Positions 36,818 to 46,460 of a stretch of 64,000 bases of DNA are shown piece by piece (the stretch's first letter is position 1; each line of letters opens with the position of its first letter). This DNA comes from Acidobacteriota bacterium (GTDB lineage: Bacteria > Actinomycetota > Acidimicrobiia > Acidimicrobiales > RAAP-2). The notes under the pieces were generated by a model. That model did no database searches and was not told the DNA's origin. It saw only the letters and a program-made list of their open reading frames with translations. The translations under genes were made by a program, and so were the position numbers. The DNA is taken from the NCBI GenBank assembly GCA_018970215.1, contig JAGWWX010000003.1:4668-68667 (forward strand), written 5' to 3'.

Positions 36818-38220
36818 CTACGCCCTACTCGTTTGAGCATGACGCCTTTGCGTCGTCGCTGCATGAGCGCTTCGCCCACTTAGGTGACGGAGCGGAATCG
36901 GGTACTACCGTCAAAGTTGCCGGGCGAGTCATGTTGTTGCGTACCCAGGGCAAGCTGGCCTTCGCCACGATGCGAGATTCCAGTGGCGAGATTCAGCTCT
37001 TCGCACTCTCCGCGGTGACCACTGAGTTCGAGGACTTTGTGAAGTTGCACCTTGGTGATTGGGTCGGTGTCGAAGGGGAAGTCGTGAGGACTCGTCGCGG
37101 TGAACTTTCCGTGAAAGTCGGCTCGTGGCAACTTCTCGCCGAGGCGAAGTTGAACTTCGGTGATAAGTGGGCAGGAATCTCCGATCACGAACTCCGCTAC
37201 CGTCACCGCGAGGCCGACCTATGGGCGAATCCCGAGAGTCGCCTCGCACTGACTCGCCGAAGTGAGCTCGTCCGCTCGATGCGTCAACGACTCTGGGAAC
37301 GTTCGTTCACGGAGGTGGAGACGCCCATCTTGAACGGCATCCCCTCGGGAGCAGCGGCACGCCCATTCGTCACCCACCACAATGCGCTCGATGCGGAGTT
37401 TTTCTTGCGCATTGCTCCTGAGTTGTGGCTGAAACGTCTAGTCGTTGGGGGATTTGAGCGCGTCTTTGAGATTGGGCGTCTCTTTCGCAACGAGGGCATA
37501 AGCCCGCGACATAATCCTGAGTTCACAACTCTCGAGCTGTATGCGGCCTATTGGGACTTCAACGACATGATGGCGTTAACCGAAGAGCTGGTGGCGGACA
37601 TCGCTCGAGACGTCCTGGGAACGACCGAAGTGAGTTATCAGGGGCGTCCCTTTTCCTTCGCGGCGCCGTGGCCGCGACTCTCGATGAGTGAGATCACGAG
37701 TGAGAAGATCGGCGAAGAAGTGTCGGTCCATACGCCCGAATCCCGCTTACACGCCCTTTTGGCGGAGCGAGGTATTGCACTTCATGATTCGTGGGGTCCC
37801 GGGCGGTGCCTCTCAGAACTATTCGAGGCGACGTGTGAAGCCGATCTATGGAACCCCATTTTTATTACCGAGCACCCCGTAGAGATTTCGCCACTTGCCC
37901 GCCGTCATCGCCGTGACGCCCTGCTCACCGAACGCTTTGAGGCATTCGCGGTAGGACGTGAGTTGGCAAATGGTTTTTCTGAGCTCAACGATCCGGACGA
38001 ACAACGCGCTCGTTTTGAAGAGCAAGCGCGCCTCGCCGCCGCGGGCGACGACGAAGCGATGACAATTGATCACGATTTCATCAAAGCTCTCGAATGGGGA
38101 CTGCCACCGACGGCCGGTCTCGGTATTGGCATTGACCGTCTCGCCATGCTGATTGCCGACGTGGCCAATATTCGCGAAGTAATTGCGTTCCCCACGCTGA
38201 AGCCGTTGCGCGACGCCTAG
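36814..38220 (+). CDS. lysS: Lysine--tRNA ligase (class II)
   Basis: OB-fold GRVM..R.QGKL.F, RYRHR, GAAARPF.THHNALD, LRIAPEL, FRNEG..HNPEFT and PPTAGLGIGIDRL motifs. Confidence 0.96.
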   Translation: MTTPYSFEHDAFASSLHERFAHLGDGAESGTTVKVAGRVMLLRTQGKLAFATMRDSSGEIQLFALSAVTTEFEDFVKLHLGDWVGVEGEVVRTRRGELSVKVGSWQLLAEAKLNFGDKWAGISDHELRYRHREADLWANPESRLALTRRSELVRSMRQRLWERSFTEVETPILNGIPSGAAARPFVTHHNALDAEFFLRIAPELWLKRLVVGGFERVFEIGRLFRNEGISPRHNPEFTTLELYAAYWDFNDMMALTEELVADIARDVLGTTEVSYQGRPFSFAAPWPRLSMSEITSEKIGEEVSVHTPESRLHALLAERGIALHDSWGPGRCLSELFEATCEADLWNPIFITEHPVEISPLARRHRRDALLTERFEAFAVGRELANGFSELNDPDEQRARFEEQARLAAAGDDEAMTIDHDFIKALEWGLPPTAGLGIGIDRLAMLIADVANIREVIAFPTLKPLRDA

Positions 38221-39194
38221 GCCTCCGGAAGACCTTCGAGCAAACCTCGCAGAAGCGAACTAAACCCCTGACGTAATTCGACATCGGGGAGCGACTCCAG
38301 CGATTCGGTGCCTTGATCGAGGTACGTTGTCGCTGCGGCGTACGTGGCGGCGATGGCATCGGTGGAGACCACTAATTTGCGGGCTCGCTCCCGCTCGTCA
38401 TCATTCAGTGGGCGGCCGAGTAGGTCGGAAAGTTCCGCACGTACCTGCGAATCATTGAGTGCATGTAGAGCGGGCAGGGTATAGATACCCTCCGCAAGAT
38501 CTTGACCGGCCGGTTTGCCCAACTGCCCGTCGGTGGCCGTCATATCCAAAATGTCGTCACGTAGTTGATAGACCATGCCAAAACAACGACCAAACTCTTC
38601 AAGTGCGTCTACCTCGGGGAGTGGTCGGCTCGCCGTGAGCGCACCGACGCGACAGCTGGCCGCCATGAGCGACGCAGTTTTACCTTCGATAGCGACGAAG
38701 TAGTCATCGAGGGATCGCGCAGTGTCGAACGCAGTGCGAACTTCGGCCACTTGACCTCGCGTTAACCACGCGAGAGTTCGCGCGAGTAGCCCGGCAATTT
38801 CAACACCCAAGTCGGCAGCGATGGCTGCCGAACGAGCCATGAGGTAGTCCCCCGCAACGATGGCGACCAAGTTCCCGTAACGAGCGTTCACCGAGTCCAC
38901 GTTGCGTCGAATCTCCGCTTCGTCCATGACGTCATCGTGGTAGAGCGACGCGAGGTGCATCAGTTCAACGGCGATGCCGCCCATGAGGTCATCGGAAGTT
39001 CCGGGTCGCTGACCACCCGTGGCCGACGCGACGGCGAGGAGAGGTCGCAGGCGCTTGCCACCGGCGTGGATGAGATGAGTCGTGATCTGATCGAGATGTG
39101 GGTCGCCCACAACAACGGACTCACCCAGTAACACTTCGAGACGCTGTAAGTCCTGCTCAACGTGCGGAAGTCCTAGTCGTTCGTGCACGTTCAC
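38217..39194 (-). CDS. Polyprenyl diphosphate synthase (HepST/GrcC-like)
   Basis: GGKRLRP, ASLYHDDVMD...RR (FARM), IEGKTA and YQLRDDILD (SARM). Confidence 0.92.
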   Translation of the reverse strand: MNVHERLGLPHVEQDLQRLEVLLGESVVVGDPHLDQITTHLIHAGGKRLRPLLAVASATGGQRPGTSDDLMGGIAVELMHLASLYHDDVMDEAEIRRNVDSVNARYGNLVAIVAGDYLMARSAAIAADLGVEIAGLLARTLAWLTRGQVAEVRTAFDTARSLDDYFVAIEGKTASLMAASCRVGALTASRPLPEVDALEEFGRCFGMVYQLRDDILDMTATDGQLGKPAGQDLAEGIYTLPALHALNDSQVRAELSDLLGRPLNDDERERARKLVVSTDAIAATYAAATTYLDQGTESLESLPDVELRQGFSSLLRGLLEGLPEA

Positions 39195-39314
39195 GGAGTC
39201 AGGTTATGCCCTCGTGTCATTCGGTCCGTCAGGGGATGCGATTGCAAATCACATAGATGTTGTCTGGCGACGTGCCCGACATAACGAGAAACACCCCACC
39301 GGTACACTGACGAC

Positions 39315-41816
39315 ATGTTTGAAAGATTCACTGATCGAGCCCGCCGAGTCCTGGTTCTCGCCCAGGAAGAAGCCCGTGAGCTCAACCACGCCTTCATCGG
39401 TACTGAGCACATCTTGCTCGGCCTCATCCGGGAAGGCGAAGGAGTGGCCTACAAGGCTCTCGATGCACTGGGTATCGCCTTTGAGTCGGTCAGAGAAAAA
39501 GTCGAAGAAGCGATCGGGACACCCGGCTCGGCGGCAGCTGGTTCGCCTCCGTTTACACCGCGGGCCAAAAAGGTCTTAGAGCTCTCGTTGCGCGAAGCGC
39601 TGAGCTTGGGCCACAGTTATATCGGCACCGAACATATGTTGCTCGGGTTGGTTCGCGAGTCCGAGGGTGTCGCCGCGCAGATCTTGGAGCAACTCGGTGC
39701 CGACCCCACTCGGGTGCGAAATCAAGTAATGAACATGATGTCGGGCCAAGGACAGCGTGACACGTCGGCGCCTCAATCTCCCGGCAGTGGCAAGAGTGAA
39801 TCTGGCGAGTCAGGTGGATCGGCCGTCCTTGATCAATTTGGTCGGAACCTTACGCAGCTCGCTCGTGACGGCAAGCTCGACCCGCTGGTAGGCCGCGACA
39901 AAGAAATTGAACGGGTGATGCAGGTGCTCTCCCGTCGCACGAAGAACAATCCTGTGTTAATTGGTGAACCCGGCGTCGGAAAGACGGCCATCGTTGAGGG
40001 GTTGGCCCAGCGGATTGTGGCGAACAAGGTCCCCGTGACGTTGAAAGATAAGCAGCTGTACACCCTTGACCTCGGCTCACTCGTTGCCGGGTCGCGTTAT
40101 CGCGGTGACTTCGAAGAACGGCTTAAGAAAGTTCTTAAAGAGATTCGAACGCGCGGTGACATCATTATGTTCATCGACGAGATCCACACCTTGGTGGGCG
40201 CCGGTGCCGCAGAAGGTGCCATTGACGCAGCGTCCATTCTGAAGCCGATGTTGGCGCGTGGTGAGCTCCAAACAGTGGGAGCAACCACCTTGGACGAATA
40301 TCGCAAGCACATCGAGAAAGATGCCGCTTTAGAGCGCCGTTTTCAGCCGGTCAAAGTTGATCAGCCGTCGGTAGCGATGACCATTGAAATCTTGAAGGGG
40401 CTTCGCGCTGTCTACGAGGAGTTCCATGCTGTGTCAATTACCGATCAGGCGCTCGTCGCGGCCGCGAATCTCGCCGATCGCTACATTGCCGATCGGTTTC
40501 TCCCTGACAAGGCCATTGACTTGATCGATGAGGCTGGATCGCGCTTGCGTATTCGCCGAATGGACGCCACACCACAACAACGTGAGGTGGAGGAGAAGTT
40601 GGCACGAGTTCGCACTGACCGTGCGGAAGCCGTTGAACGCGGTGCGGACGAGCAAGCCAAGCTCCTCGAAAGTCAAGAGCAGTCGCTCGTCGCGGAGAAA
40701 GACGCTCTCGATGCGGAGGCGAAAGCTGCGGGCGGCGTCACATTCGATGTCGTCGACGAAGAGATGATCGCTGAAGTTCTGGCGAACTGGACGGGAATCC
40801 CCGTGTATCGCTTGACCGAAGAAGAGACGTCGAAGTTGCTGCGCATGGAAGAAGAGCTCCACAAGCGCATTGTCGGCCAAGACGAAGCGGTGCGCGCCCT
40901 TTCGCGAGCCATCCGCCGGACACGCTCGGGCCTCAAAGATCCGAAGCGCCCGGCCGGTTCATTTATCTTCCTCGGTCCCACGGGTGTGGGTAAGACGGAA
41001 TTGGCGAAGACATTGGCCGAATTCCTCTTTGATGACGAAGATGCGCTCATCCAACTCGACATGTCGGAGTACATGGAGAAACACACCGTGAGTCGACTCG
41101 TCGGCTCCCCTCCGGGCTACGTAGGGTACGACGAAGGCGGTCAGTTGACCGAAGCTGTTCGTCGGAAGCCCTTCTCCGTTGTTCTTTTTGACGAGGTCGA
41201 AAAGGCACACCCCGATGTCTTTAACACGCTGCTGCAGATTCTTGAGGACGGTCGTTTGACTGATGCTCAAGGACGCAGCGTGGACTTTAAGAACACGATT
41301 TTGATTATGACGTCAAACCTCGGCACCGCCGATCTGCGTCGTTCTTCAATTGGTTTTGCAAAGTCAGACAGCGAAGTAACACACGAAAAGATGAAGGAAA
41401 AGGTTCGGGCCGCTCTGAAGTCACACTTCCGACCGGAGTTTTTGAACCGAATCGACGACACCATTGTGTTCCGTGAGCTGACCCAGGATGAAGTCATCGA
41501 AATCTCCGATCTCTTCATTGGGCGTCTACGTACGCAGCTCGAAGTTCAAGGGCTGGGTTTGGAAATTTCTCGGTCCGCACAGCTGTTCTTATCCGAAAAG
41601 GGTTACGACCCCGAGTTAGGTGCGCGTCCGCTGCGTCGAGTGATACAACAAGAAATCGAAGATGTTCTGAGCGAGAAGATTCTGTTCAAGGATTTCCGTG
41701 CGGGCCAAACGATTGTGATCGACTGCGTGACCAATGACGGCGCTCAAGAGTTGACCTTTGAGGCCGTCGAAGGACTTCCGCCATCAGTTGATTTCGACGC
41801 CACACCGAGCGCGTAG
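39315..41816 (+). CDS. clpC: ATP-dependent Clp protease ATPase subunit ClpC
   Basis: [12 protein letters not shown] Clp-N repeats, [14 protein letters not shown], a UVR-like segment, GPTGVGKT and LFDEVEKAH. Confidence 0.97.
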   Translation: MFERFTDRARRVLVLAQEEARELNHAFIGTEHILLGLIREGEGVAYKALDALGIAFESVREKVEEAIGTPGSAAAGSPPFTPRAKKVLELSLREALSLGHSYIGTEHMLLGLVRESEGVAAQILEQLGADPTRVRNQVMNMMSGQGQRDTSAPQSPGSGKSESGESGGSAVLDQFGRNLTQLARDGKLDPLVGRDKEIERVMQVLSRRTKNNPVLIGEPGVGKTAIVEGLAQRIVANKVPVTLKDKQLYTLDLGSLVAGSRYRGDFEERLKKVLKEIRTRGDIIMFIDEIHTLVGAGAAEGAIDAASILKPMLARGELQTVGATTLDEYRKHIEKDAALERRFQPVKVDQPSVAMTIEILKGLRAVYEEFHAVSITDQALVAAANLADRYIADRFLPDKAIDLIDEAGSRLRIRRMDATPQQREVEEKLARVRTDRAEAVERGADEQAKLLESQEQSLVAEKDALDAEAKAAGGVTFDVVDEEMIAEVLANWTGIPVYRLTEEETSKLLRMEEELHKRIVGQDEAVRALSRAIRRTRSGLKDPKRPAGSFIFLGPTGVGKTELAKTLAEFLFDDEDALIQLDMSEYMEKHTVSRLVGSPPGYVGYDEGGQLTEAVRRKPFSVVLFDEVEKAHPDVFNTLLQILEDGRLTDAQGRSVDFKNTILIMTSNLGTADLRRSSIGFAKSDSEVTHEKMKEKVRAALKSHFRPEFLNRIDDTIVFRELTQDEVIEISDLFIGRLRTQLEVQGLGLEISRSAQLFLSEKGYDPELGARPLRRVIQQEIEDVLSEKILFKDFRAGQTIVIDCVTNDGAQELTFEAVEGLPPSVDFDATPSA

Positions 41817-41908
41817 TCAACGCTTTTCGCGGGCACATTACAAGGTGGTAGAATTAACGTCGGCGACCACACTTTTTGTCCGTCGTGCATAATTTTGAGG
41901 AGTTGTAG

Positions 41909-42403
41909 GTGACCGCTGCTGTTCGGAAGTTCAAGAAGGGCGATCGGCTCGTCTACCCCCACCACGGCGCCTGCACGGTGCTCAAGGTGGAGAAGCGAGA
42001 GGCCTTCGGCACGAAGCAGGACTATCTCAAGCTGAAAGTTGAGTACTCCGATCTGACGCTGATGGTCCCGGTGGCCAATGTCGATATGGTGGGTCTTCGC
42101 GACGTCATTAATGAGGACGAAGTCGAAGAAGTCTTCGCCGTTTTGCGCAAGAAAGAAGCGCGTATGCCCGGGAACTGGTCGCGGCGTTTTAAGAACCACT
42201 CCGAAAAACTTCGCTCGGGTGACATCTATCAGGTAGCGGAAGTCGTGCGCAACCTCTCGATACGCGACAAGGACAAGGGCCTCTCAGCGGGTGAGAAGAA
42301 GATGCTGACTCGGGCTCGTCAAATTTTGGTATCGGAACTGACGTTTGCATTAGATATCGATCTACCGACGGCTGAGGAGAAGCTCACGTCGGCCCTGATC
42401 TAG
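41909..42403 (+). CDS. carD: CarD transcriptional regulator
   Basis: FKKGDRLVYPHHG, LMVP, NWSRRFK.H.EKL.SGD..VAEVVRNL and LSAGEK motifs. Confidence 0.95.
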   Translation: MTAAVRKFKKGDRLVYPHHGACTVLKVEKREAFGTKQDYLKLKVEYSDLTLMVPVANVDMVGLRDVINEDEVEEVFAVLRKKEARMPGNWSRRFKNHSEKLRSGDIYQVAEVVRNLSIRDKDKGLSAGEKKMLTRARQILVSELTFALDIDLPTAEEKLTSALI

Positions 42404-42405
42404 CC

Positions 42406-43032
42406 ATGTCCGTCGCGGCCATCGTGGTGGCCGGCGGTCGCGGGGAACGATTCGGCGGTTTGAAACAGTTCGCCGAATTGCACGGGCGAACATTGGCGTC
42501 GCTCAGCGTGGAACGATGCCGTGAAGTCGCAGAGCACGTTGTCCTCGTCGTTCCATCGACCTACAGCGGCGACGGTGAGGGAGCGGACGTTGTGATTCAC
42601 GGCGGAACAACTCGGTCTGAATCGGTACGCGCGGGCCTTGCGGTGTGCGGTGATGCGGACATCATCGTGGTGCACGATGCAGTCCGACCGAACGCCTCAC
42701 GGGCGTTATTCCTGCGTGTCGTAGAGGAAGTTCGCCACGGCGCGGCGGCGGCAATACCTGGGATCGCTGTAACCGACACGATCAAAACGGTTCACGGAGG
42801 CATCGTCACCGGCACTCCCCGTCGGGAAGAACTCGTTGCCGTGCAGACGCCGCAAGCATTTCGAGCATCAGTTCTTTCGGCCGCGCACATGAGCGAAGCA
42901 TCGGCAACCGACGATGCGGCACTCGTGGAGGCGATCGGAGAAGAGGTGCATGTGGTTCTCGGTGAGTCCGGAAATTTCAAGGTCACCGAACAGGTCGACC
43001 TCCTTCGCCTTCAGCGGGAGGTGCGATCATGA
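42406..43032 (+). CDS. ispD: 2-C-methyl-D-erythritol 4-phosphate cytidylyltransferase
   Basis: AGGRGERFGGLKQF, GGTTRSESV, VHDAVRP, VQTPQAF, TDDAAL and NFKVT motifs. Confidence 0.94.
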   Translation: MSVAAIVVAGGRGERFGGLKQFAELHGRTLASLSVERCREVAEHVVLVVPSTYSGDGEGADVVIHGGTTRSESVRAGLAVCGDADIIVVHDAVRPNASRALFLRVVEEVRHGAAAAIPGIAVTDTIKTVHGGIVTGTPRREELVAVQTPQAFRASVLSAAHMSEASATDDAALVEAIGEEVHVVLGESGNFKVTEQVDLLRLQREVRS

Positions 43033-43502
43033 GAGTCGGACAGGGATTTGATATCCATCGATTCAGCAGCGACCCGTCGCGTGAACTTCGACTCGGATTG
43101 GTCACGATTCCTGAATCTCCCGGTCTCGAAGGTCACAGTGACGCCGATGTGGTGACGCACGCCATTGTTGATGCCCTCCTCGGAGCCGCCGGCCTTGGTG
43201 ACATCGGTGAACACTTCTCCGACCGCGATCCCGCGAATCACGGACTCGACTCACGGGTGATGTTAGATCACACTTTGGCGCTCGTGGCGCAAGCCGGGTG
43301 GCGTGTGGCCAACGTTGATGTGACGGTGGTGGCGGAAGCCCCTCGTCTGGCGCCATTTCGCACAGCTCAAGTTGCCGCGTTGACGGCGGCGGTGGGAGCC
43401 CCCGTGTCGGTGAAGGCAACCACGATGGAGGGCCTAGGTCCAATCGGTCACCGAGAGGGCATTGCCTGCCTCGCTAGTTGTCTGTTAGAGGAGAGGGCAT
43501 GA
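43029..43502 (+). CDS. ispF: 2-C-methyl-D-erythritol 2,4-cyclodiphosphate synthase
   Basis: RVGQGFDIH, GHSDADV..HA..DALLGAA..GDIG and VKATTMEGLG motifs. Confidence 0.95.
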   Translation: MRVGQGFDIHRFSSDPSRELRLGLVTIPESPGLEGHSDADVVTHAIVDALLGAAGLGDIGEHFSDRDPANHGLDSRVMLDHTLALVAQAGWRVANVDVTVVAEAPRLAPFRTAQVAALTAAVGAPVSVKATTMEGLGPIGHREGIACLASCLLEERA

Positions 43503-44335
43503 CCCCGAAACCGCCATCTCGAAAACCGCGCAGTGCGACTCCCGCCGGTCGCCGTTCGCCGTCAGGTCGTTCCACCACGCCGGCGCGCCGCAGTCAGGAA
43601 GGATTGGGCGGAGAGCAAGTCGAAGGCCGGCAGGCCGTGCTGGAACTTCTCACCGCCCGCCGTCGCACGGTGCGAAAGATTTATATGGCGGACACGTTGG
43701 AACCGGCCGCCATTTTGGACGCCATCGAAGACGAAGCTCGCCGTCAGCGCGTGCTGGTACAGCACGTGTCGTGGGCGCGGATCGACCGCGACGCTCGTAC
43801 CGAAGGTCACCAGGGGGTCTACGCCGAGGCCGAACGTCTACGAGACGTCGAACTTGATGTCTTCTTAAGCGAACCTTCACCGTTCTTGCTCGTTGCGGAC
43901 GGTGTCACGGACCCACGGAATCTTGGCGCCATGTTGCGCAGTGCCGATGGTGCGGGAGTAACGGGCGTTGTACTTCCCCGGCATCGCTCGGCGCGCATTT
44001 CGCCAACGGTGACCAAGACGGCAGCCGGTGCGGTGGAGCATCTACGGTTTGCGCAGGTGGGTGGAATACCCACGGCAATCGAACGAATGAACAAGGCGGG
44101 GCTCGTGACGGTAGGTCTCGCGGGTGAAGCGCGCCAGAGTCTGTACGACCTTGATCTCGGTGACGTGCCCGTGGCTCTCGTCGTAGGTGGTGAAGAGAGT
44201 GGTTTGGCCCAACTCACGCGCAAGAGATGCGCGGCCGTTGTTTCGATTCCCCAGTTGGGAAAGATATCGTCGCTGAACGCTGGTGTCGCAGCGTCCGTGG
44301 CGGCATTTGAAGTGGCACGTCAACGCCGTCAGTAG
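43499..44335 (+). CDS. rlmB: 23S rRNA (G2251)-2'-O-methyltransferase RlmB (SpoU family)
   Basis: HQGV, DGVTDPRNLGAMLRSA, GGEESG and IPQLGKISSLNAGVA motifs. Confidence 0.9.
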   Translation: MTPKPPSRKPRSATPAGRRSPSGRSTTPARRSQEGLGGEQVEGRQAVLELLTARRRTVRKIYMADTLEPAAILDAIEDEARRQRVLVQHVSWARIDRDARTEGHQGVYAEAERLRDVELDVFLSEPSPFLLVADGVTDPRNLGAMLRSADGAGVTGVVLPRHRSARISPTVTKTAAGAVEHLRFAQVGGIPTAIERMNKAGLVTVGLAGEARQSLYDLDLGDVPVALVVGGEESGLAQLTRKRCAAVVSIPQLGKISSLNAGVAASVAAFEVARQRRQ

Positions 44336-44411
44336 TGGAGCCGACGGTGGGACTCGAACCCACGACCTGACGATTACAAATCGCCTGCGCTACCAGCTGC
44401 GCCACGTCGGC
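44336..44411 (-). tRNA. tRNA-Thr(TGT)
   Basis: Reverse complement GCCGACGTGGCGCAGCTGGTAGCGCAGGCGATTTGTAATCGTCAGGTCGTGGGTTCGAGTCCCACCGTCGGCTCCA folds as a cloverleaf with anticodon TGT. Confidence 0.96.
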
Positions 44412-44554
44412 ACGTGAAGCACCAGCCTACCGGCGACCCCCCGACGTCATCTTTTGTTGGTGCTTTTTTATGTGCTCGCTACGGCACCTCATCGGCCGTG
44501 GGGTTATCACGGTCGGGCGGCGGTCGATGAGGACGCTGTCGTAGGCTGAGGGAA

Positions 44555-45025
44555 GTGTCGAACGATACCTCTCACAAGTTCCAGCCTCGACCACCGGTCA
44601 TCGCGGCGATTTTGATTTTCATGGTGACGGTGTCGTTCGCGGTGATGTCGCAGTCAGGCGTCCTGCGCGTTGGTGGTGTGATTCGCCATCCCCATCACAC
44701 GACGACAACCGTCGACACGTCAGGGGCTACCACGCCCCGGAATCAAGTTCTCGTCCAAGTGGCGAACGGCACCAAAAAATTGGGCCTCGCTCGTTTTGAA
44801 ACGCAGCAGCTCGCGGCACAGGGCTGGAACATGCTGACCGGCATCAATGGTCCACGGGTGGGTCGAACCACGATCTACTACAAGCCGGACTACGCCGACG
44901 CCGCTGCAACGATTCAAAAATTTTTAGGTTCCGGATCGCTGCTGAGTTGGACGGGACCCTCACCGGTTCCCGGCTCCGGCGTGTGCCACATTTTGGTCGT
45001 GGTGGGTCCTGATCTCGCCAACTAG
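44555..45025 (+). CDS. LytR C-terminal domain membrane protein
   Basis: N-terminal TM helix, VQVANGT..GLA, TTIYY and ILVVVGPD motifs. Confidence 0.75.
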   Translation: MSNDTSHKFQPRPPVIAAILIFMVTVSFAVMSQSGVLRVGGVIRHPHHTTTTVDTSGATTPRNQVLVQVANGTKKLGLARFETQQLAAQGWNMLTGINGPRVGRTTIYYKPDYADAAATIQKFLGSGSLLSWTGPSPVPGSGVCHILVVVGPDLAN

Positions 45026-45471
45026 TGAGAGTGTGACCAACCTTCGGGGAGAACTTCGGTGCAGAACGCACATCGGCGCGCAGCGAGAGGAATTTCCGTA
45101 AGGCAGGCGGGGCATTTGGCCTTCGTCGGAGCTTCGTCGGAGTCGAAGCCCAGCGTGCGTCGCAACGTATTGAGGGGCTTCACCACGAAAAAGAAGATGA
45201 CAGCGGAGATCACGACGAGCGAGATGAGCGAGTTAAGTACTTCGCCGTAGAGGAACGTACTTTTATTTATGTGGAACGCGAGGTTCTTGAAGTTCTCGTT
45301 TCCCGCAAATGCCGAGATTATGGGAGTGAACATTCCCTGCACAATGGAATTCACGACTCCCGTGAACGCGGCACCTACCGTGACTCCGATTGCGAGGTCA
45401 ATGGCGTTGGCACGGAGAGCAAAGGCTCGAAACTCTTTGAGAATGGTCTTGGGTTTTTTCATGACGGACAT
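45022..45471 (-). CDS. mscL: Large-conductance mechanosensitive channel (with C-terminal CPxC..CxxC Zn-ribbon)
   Basis: LKEFRAFALRANAIDLAIGV.VGAAF and YGEVLNSLISLV..IFF.V motifs. Confidence 0.92.
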   Translation of the reverse strand: MSVMKKPKTILKEFRAFALRANAIDLAIGVTVGAAFTGVVNSIVQGMFTPIISAFAGNENFKNLAFHINKSTFLYGEVLNSLISLVVISAVIFFFVVKPLNTLRRTLGFDSDEAPTKAKCPACLTEIPLAARRCAFCTEVLPEGWSHSH

Positions 45472-45498
45472 GCCGTCAGTCTCCCAGAACGTCGGCAG

Positions 45499-46281
45499 TT
45501 AGGACGGTAATCGAACGCCGAAGCGCGTCAGTGCGGCACGTAAAACGTCAACGGACATTGGTCGCAACTCTTCGATCGGTCGATTACGGTGCCGTCGTAC
45601 TCCGAGGTCAACTTGGGCAATGCTGGCGACCCCGTACGTAGTTGCGACATCAATCAGCAGTGCGATCTCTACTCCGTAGGCGTCGGCGAACCCCACCGTG
45701 ACGAAGGTGTCGCGCCGACCGGCCGTTTCACCGGCCAGGGGCTGGCGAATCTCTCCGAGTCCCGGGTAGAGCAACGACAAAATGGGGCGCGCGGCGAGTT
45801 CCGTGACGCGTCCTCCTCCGGTGGGCATGTTGTGAAGGGGCCGGTCGTAGTACGCCTTCACGAGTCGGATTGTTTCGTTGGCCATGAGGGGTGCGATAAG
45901 CCGCGGTACGAACTCCTCGGTGGTGTTTTGCACGTCAGCGTCGAGAAAAACGACGATGTCGCCGGACGTGACCGAAAGACCAAACTGCATCGCCTGGCCT
46001 TTTCCTCCGTCACCCCGAAGAACGGCGACGCGGGCTCCGTGTCGTGAGGCGATGGCGGCGGTGTCATCGGTCGAGTGATCGTCAACGACAACGATTTCGT
46101 CAATCAATCCCGGCCAGCGTCGGTTGGATGCTTGCACGGCATCGATGACACCGCCGATCGTCGGCGCTTCATTTTGTGCCGGAATGATGACACTTACGCG
46201 ACGACCGTTCTTGGCTTCACCGAGGGTCGCGAGGAGGGCCGGGTCAACGGAGAATGTGGTGGGAATATCCGACACGGCCAT
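45499..46281 (-). CDS. gpgS: Glucosyl-3-phosphoglycerate synthase (GT2-like)
   Basis: VIIPAQNEA, GKGQAM, FLDAD, VKAYYDRP, GGRVTELAARP, QPLAGE, YGVEIALLID and HRNRP motifs. Confidence 0.88.
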   Translation of the reverse strand: MAVSDIPTTFSVDPALLATLGEAKNGRRVSVIIPAQNEAPTIGGVIDAVQASNRRWPGLIDEIVVVDDHSTDDTAAIASRHGARVAVLRGDGGKGQAMQFGLSVTSGDIVVFLDADVQNTTEEFVPRLIAPLMANETIRLVKAYYDRPLHNMPTGGGRVTELAARPILSLLYPGLGEIRQPLAGETAGRRDTFVTVGFADAYGVEIALLIDVATTYGVASIAQVDLGVRRHRNRPIEELRPMSVDVLRAALTRFGVRLPS

Positions 46282-46343
46282 TCCCACAGGCTAGGACAGG
46301 TCCGATATTGACATCGATGCCGAAGTTCCGGCATACTGGATAT

Positions 46344-46448
46344 GTCATCAAGAGCGACTGAGGGACGGGCCCGTTGACGTCGCGGCAACCAGGGTGATGA
46401 TTGGGTTCTCCGCCCATCACTCCAGGTGCCAAAGCCCGTGCGATGAGT
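46344..46448 (+). ncRNA. SAM riboswitch (SAM-I clan, apparently lacking P4)
   Basis: TCATCAAGAG..GAGGGA..GGCCC..GAC..CGGCAACC...GGTGCCAAA..GATGAG. P1 is TCATC/GATGA, immediately before the AGGAG SD of the next gene. Confidence 0.85.
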
Positions 46449-46460
46449 TAGGAGTCATCA

